Under the pieces are notes generated by a model that worked only from the letters and a program-made list of their open reading frames with translations, made no database searches and was not told the origin of the DNA. Of a DNA stretch of 60,357 bases, positions 58,285 through 60,357 are shown one piece after another. The number at the start of each line of letters is the position of its first letter. The first letter of the stretch is position 1. Source of the stretch: Bacteroidales bacterium (GTDB lineage Bacteria > Bacteroidota > Bacteroidia > Bacteroidales > UBA7960). The translations under genes were made by a program, and so were the position numbers. Location: the NCBI GenBank assembly GCA_003559735.1, contig PWKN01000169.1, forward strand, positions 1 to 60,357, written 5' to 3'.

Positions 58285-60357
<2,073 letters not shown>

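Overview
A 60 kb carbohydrate-utilisation region from a Bacteroidota genome, probably an anaerobic Bacteroidales/Marinilabiliales-type organism (SusC/SusD, hybrid two-component system, T9SS C-terminal domains, TAnnTTTG promoters, Ser-type sulfatases). Left (1-7.2 kb): GH2, a sugar porter, two Gfo/Idh/MocA oxidoreductases and an atypical transaldolase. Centre (7.3-45.7 kb): a beta-mannan locus with HTCS, GH5_10-like and GH26 mannanases, SusCD, a GPH transporter, a GH130 phosphorylase, a GH5-like/DUF5060 protein and a CBM9-like binder. Embedded in it are a six-gene cobalamin-dependent methyl-transfer operon (the best candidate for an undescribed system, possibly an anaerobic sugar O-demethylase), a T9SS-secreted ComEC-like metallo-beta-lactamase-fold enzyme sharing its Ig+CBM32 module with the mannanase, and a large CotH-kinase protein. 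Five promoters in this locus share a 21-bp-period direct repeat at an identical distance from the -7 box. Right (45.8-60.4 kb): galM, an NrtR-type xylR-xylB-xylA operon with a perfect operator and an in-frame stop in xylB, an unclassified clan-A glycosidase, two Ser-type sulfatases and a partial GH2 beta-galactosidase. No rRNA, tRNA, CRISPR or mobile element was seen. All family calls come from motif recognition by eye, not database searches.
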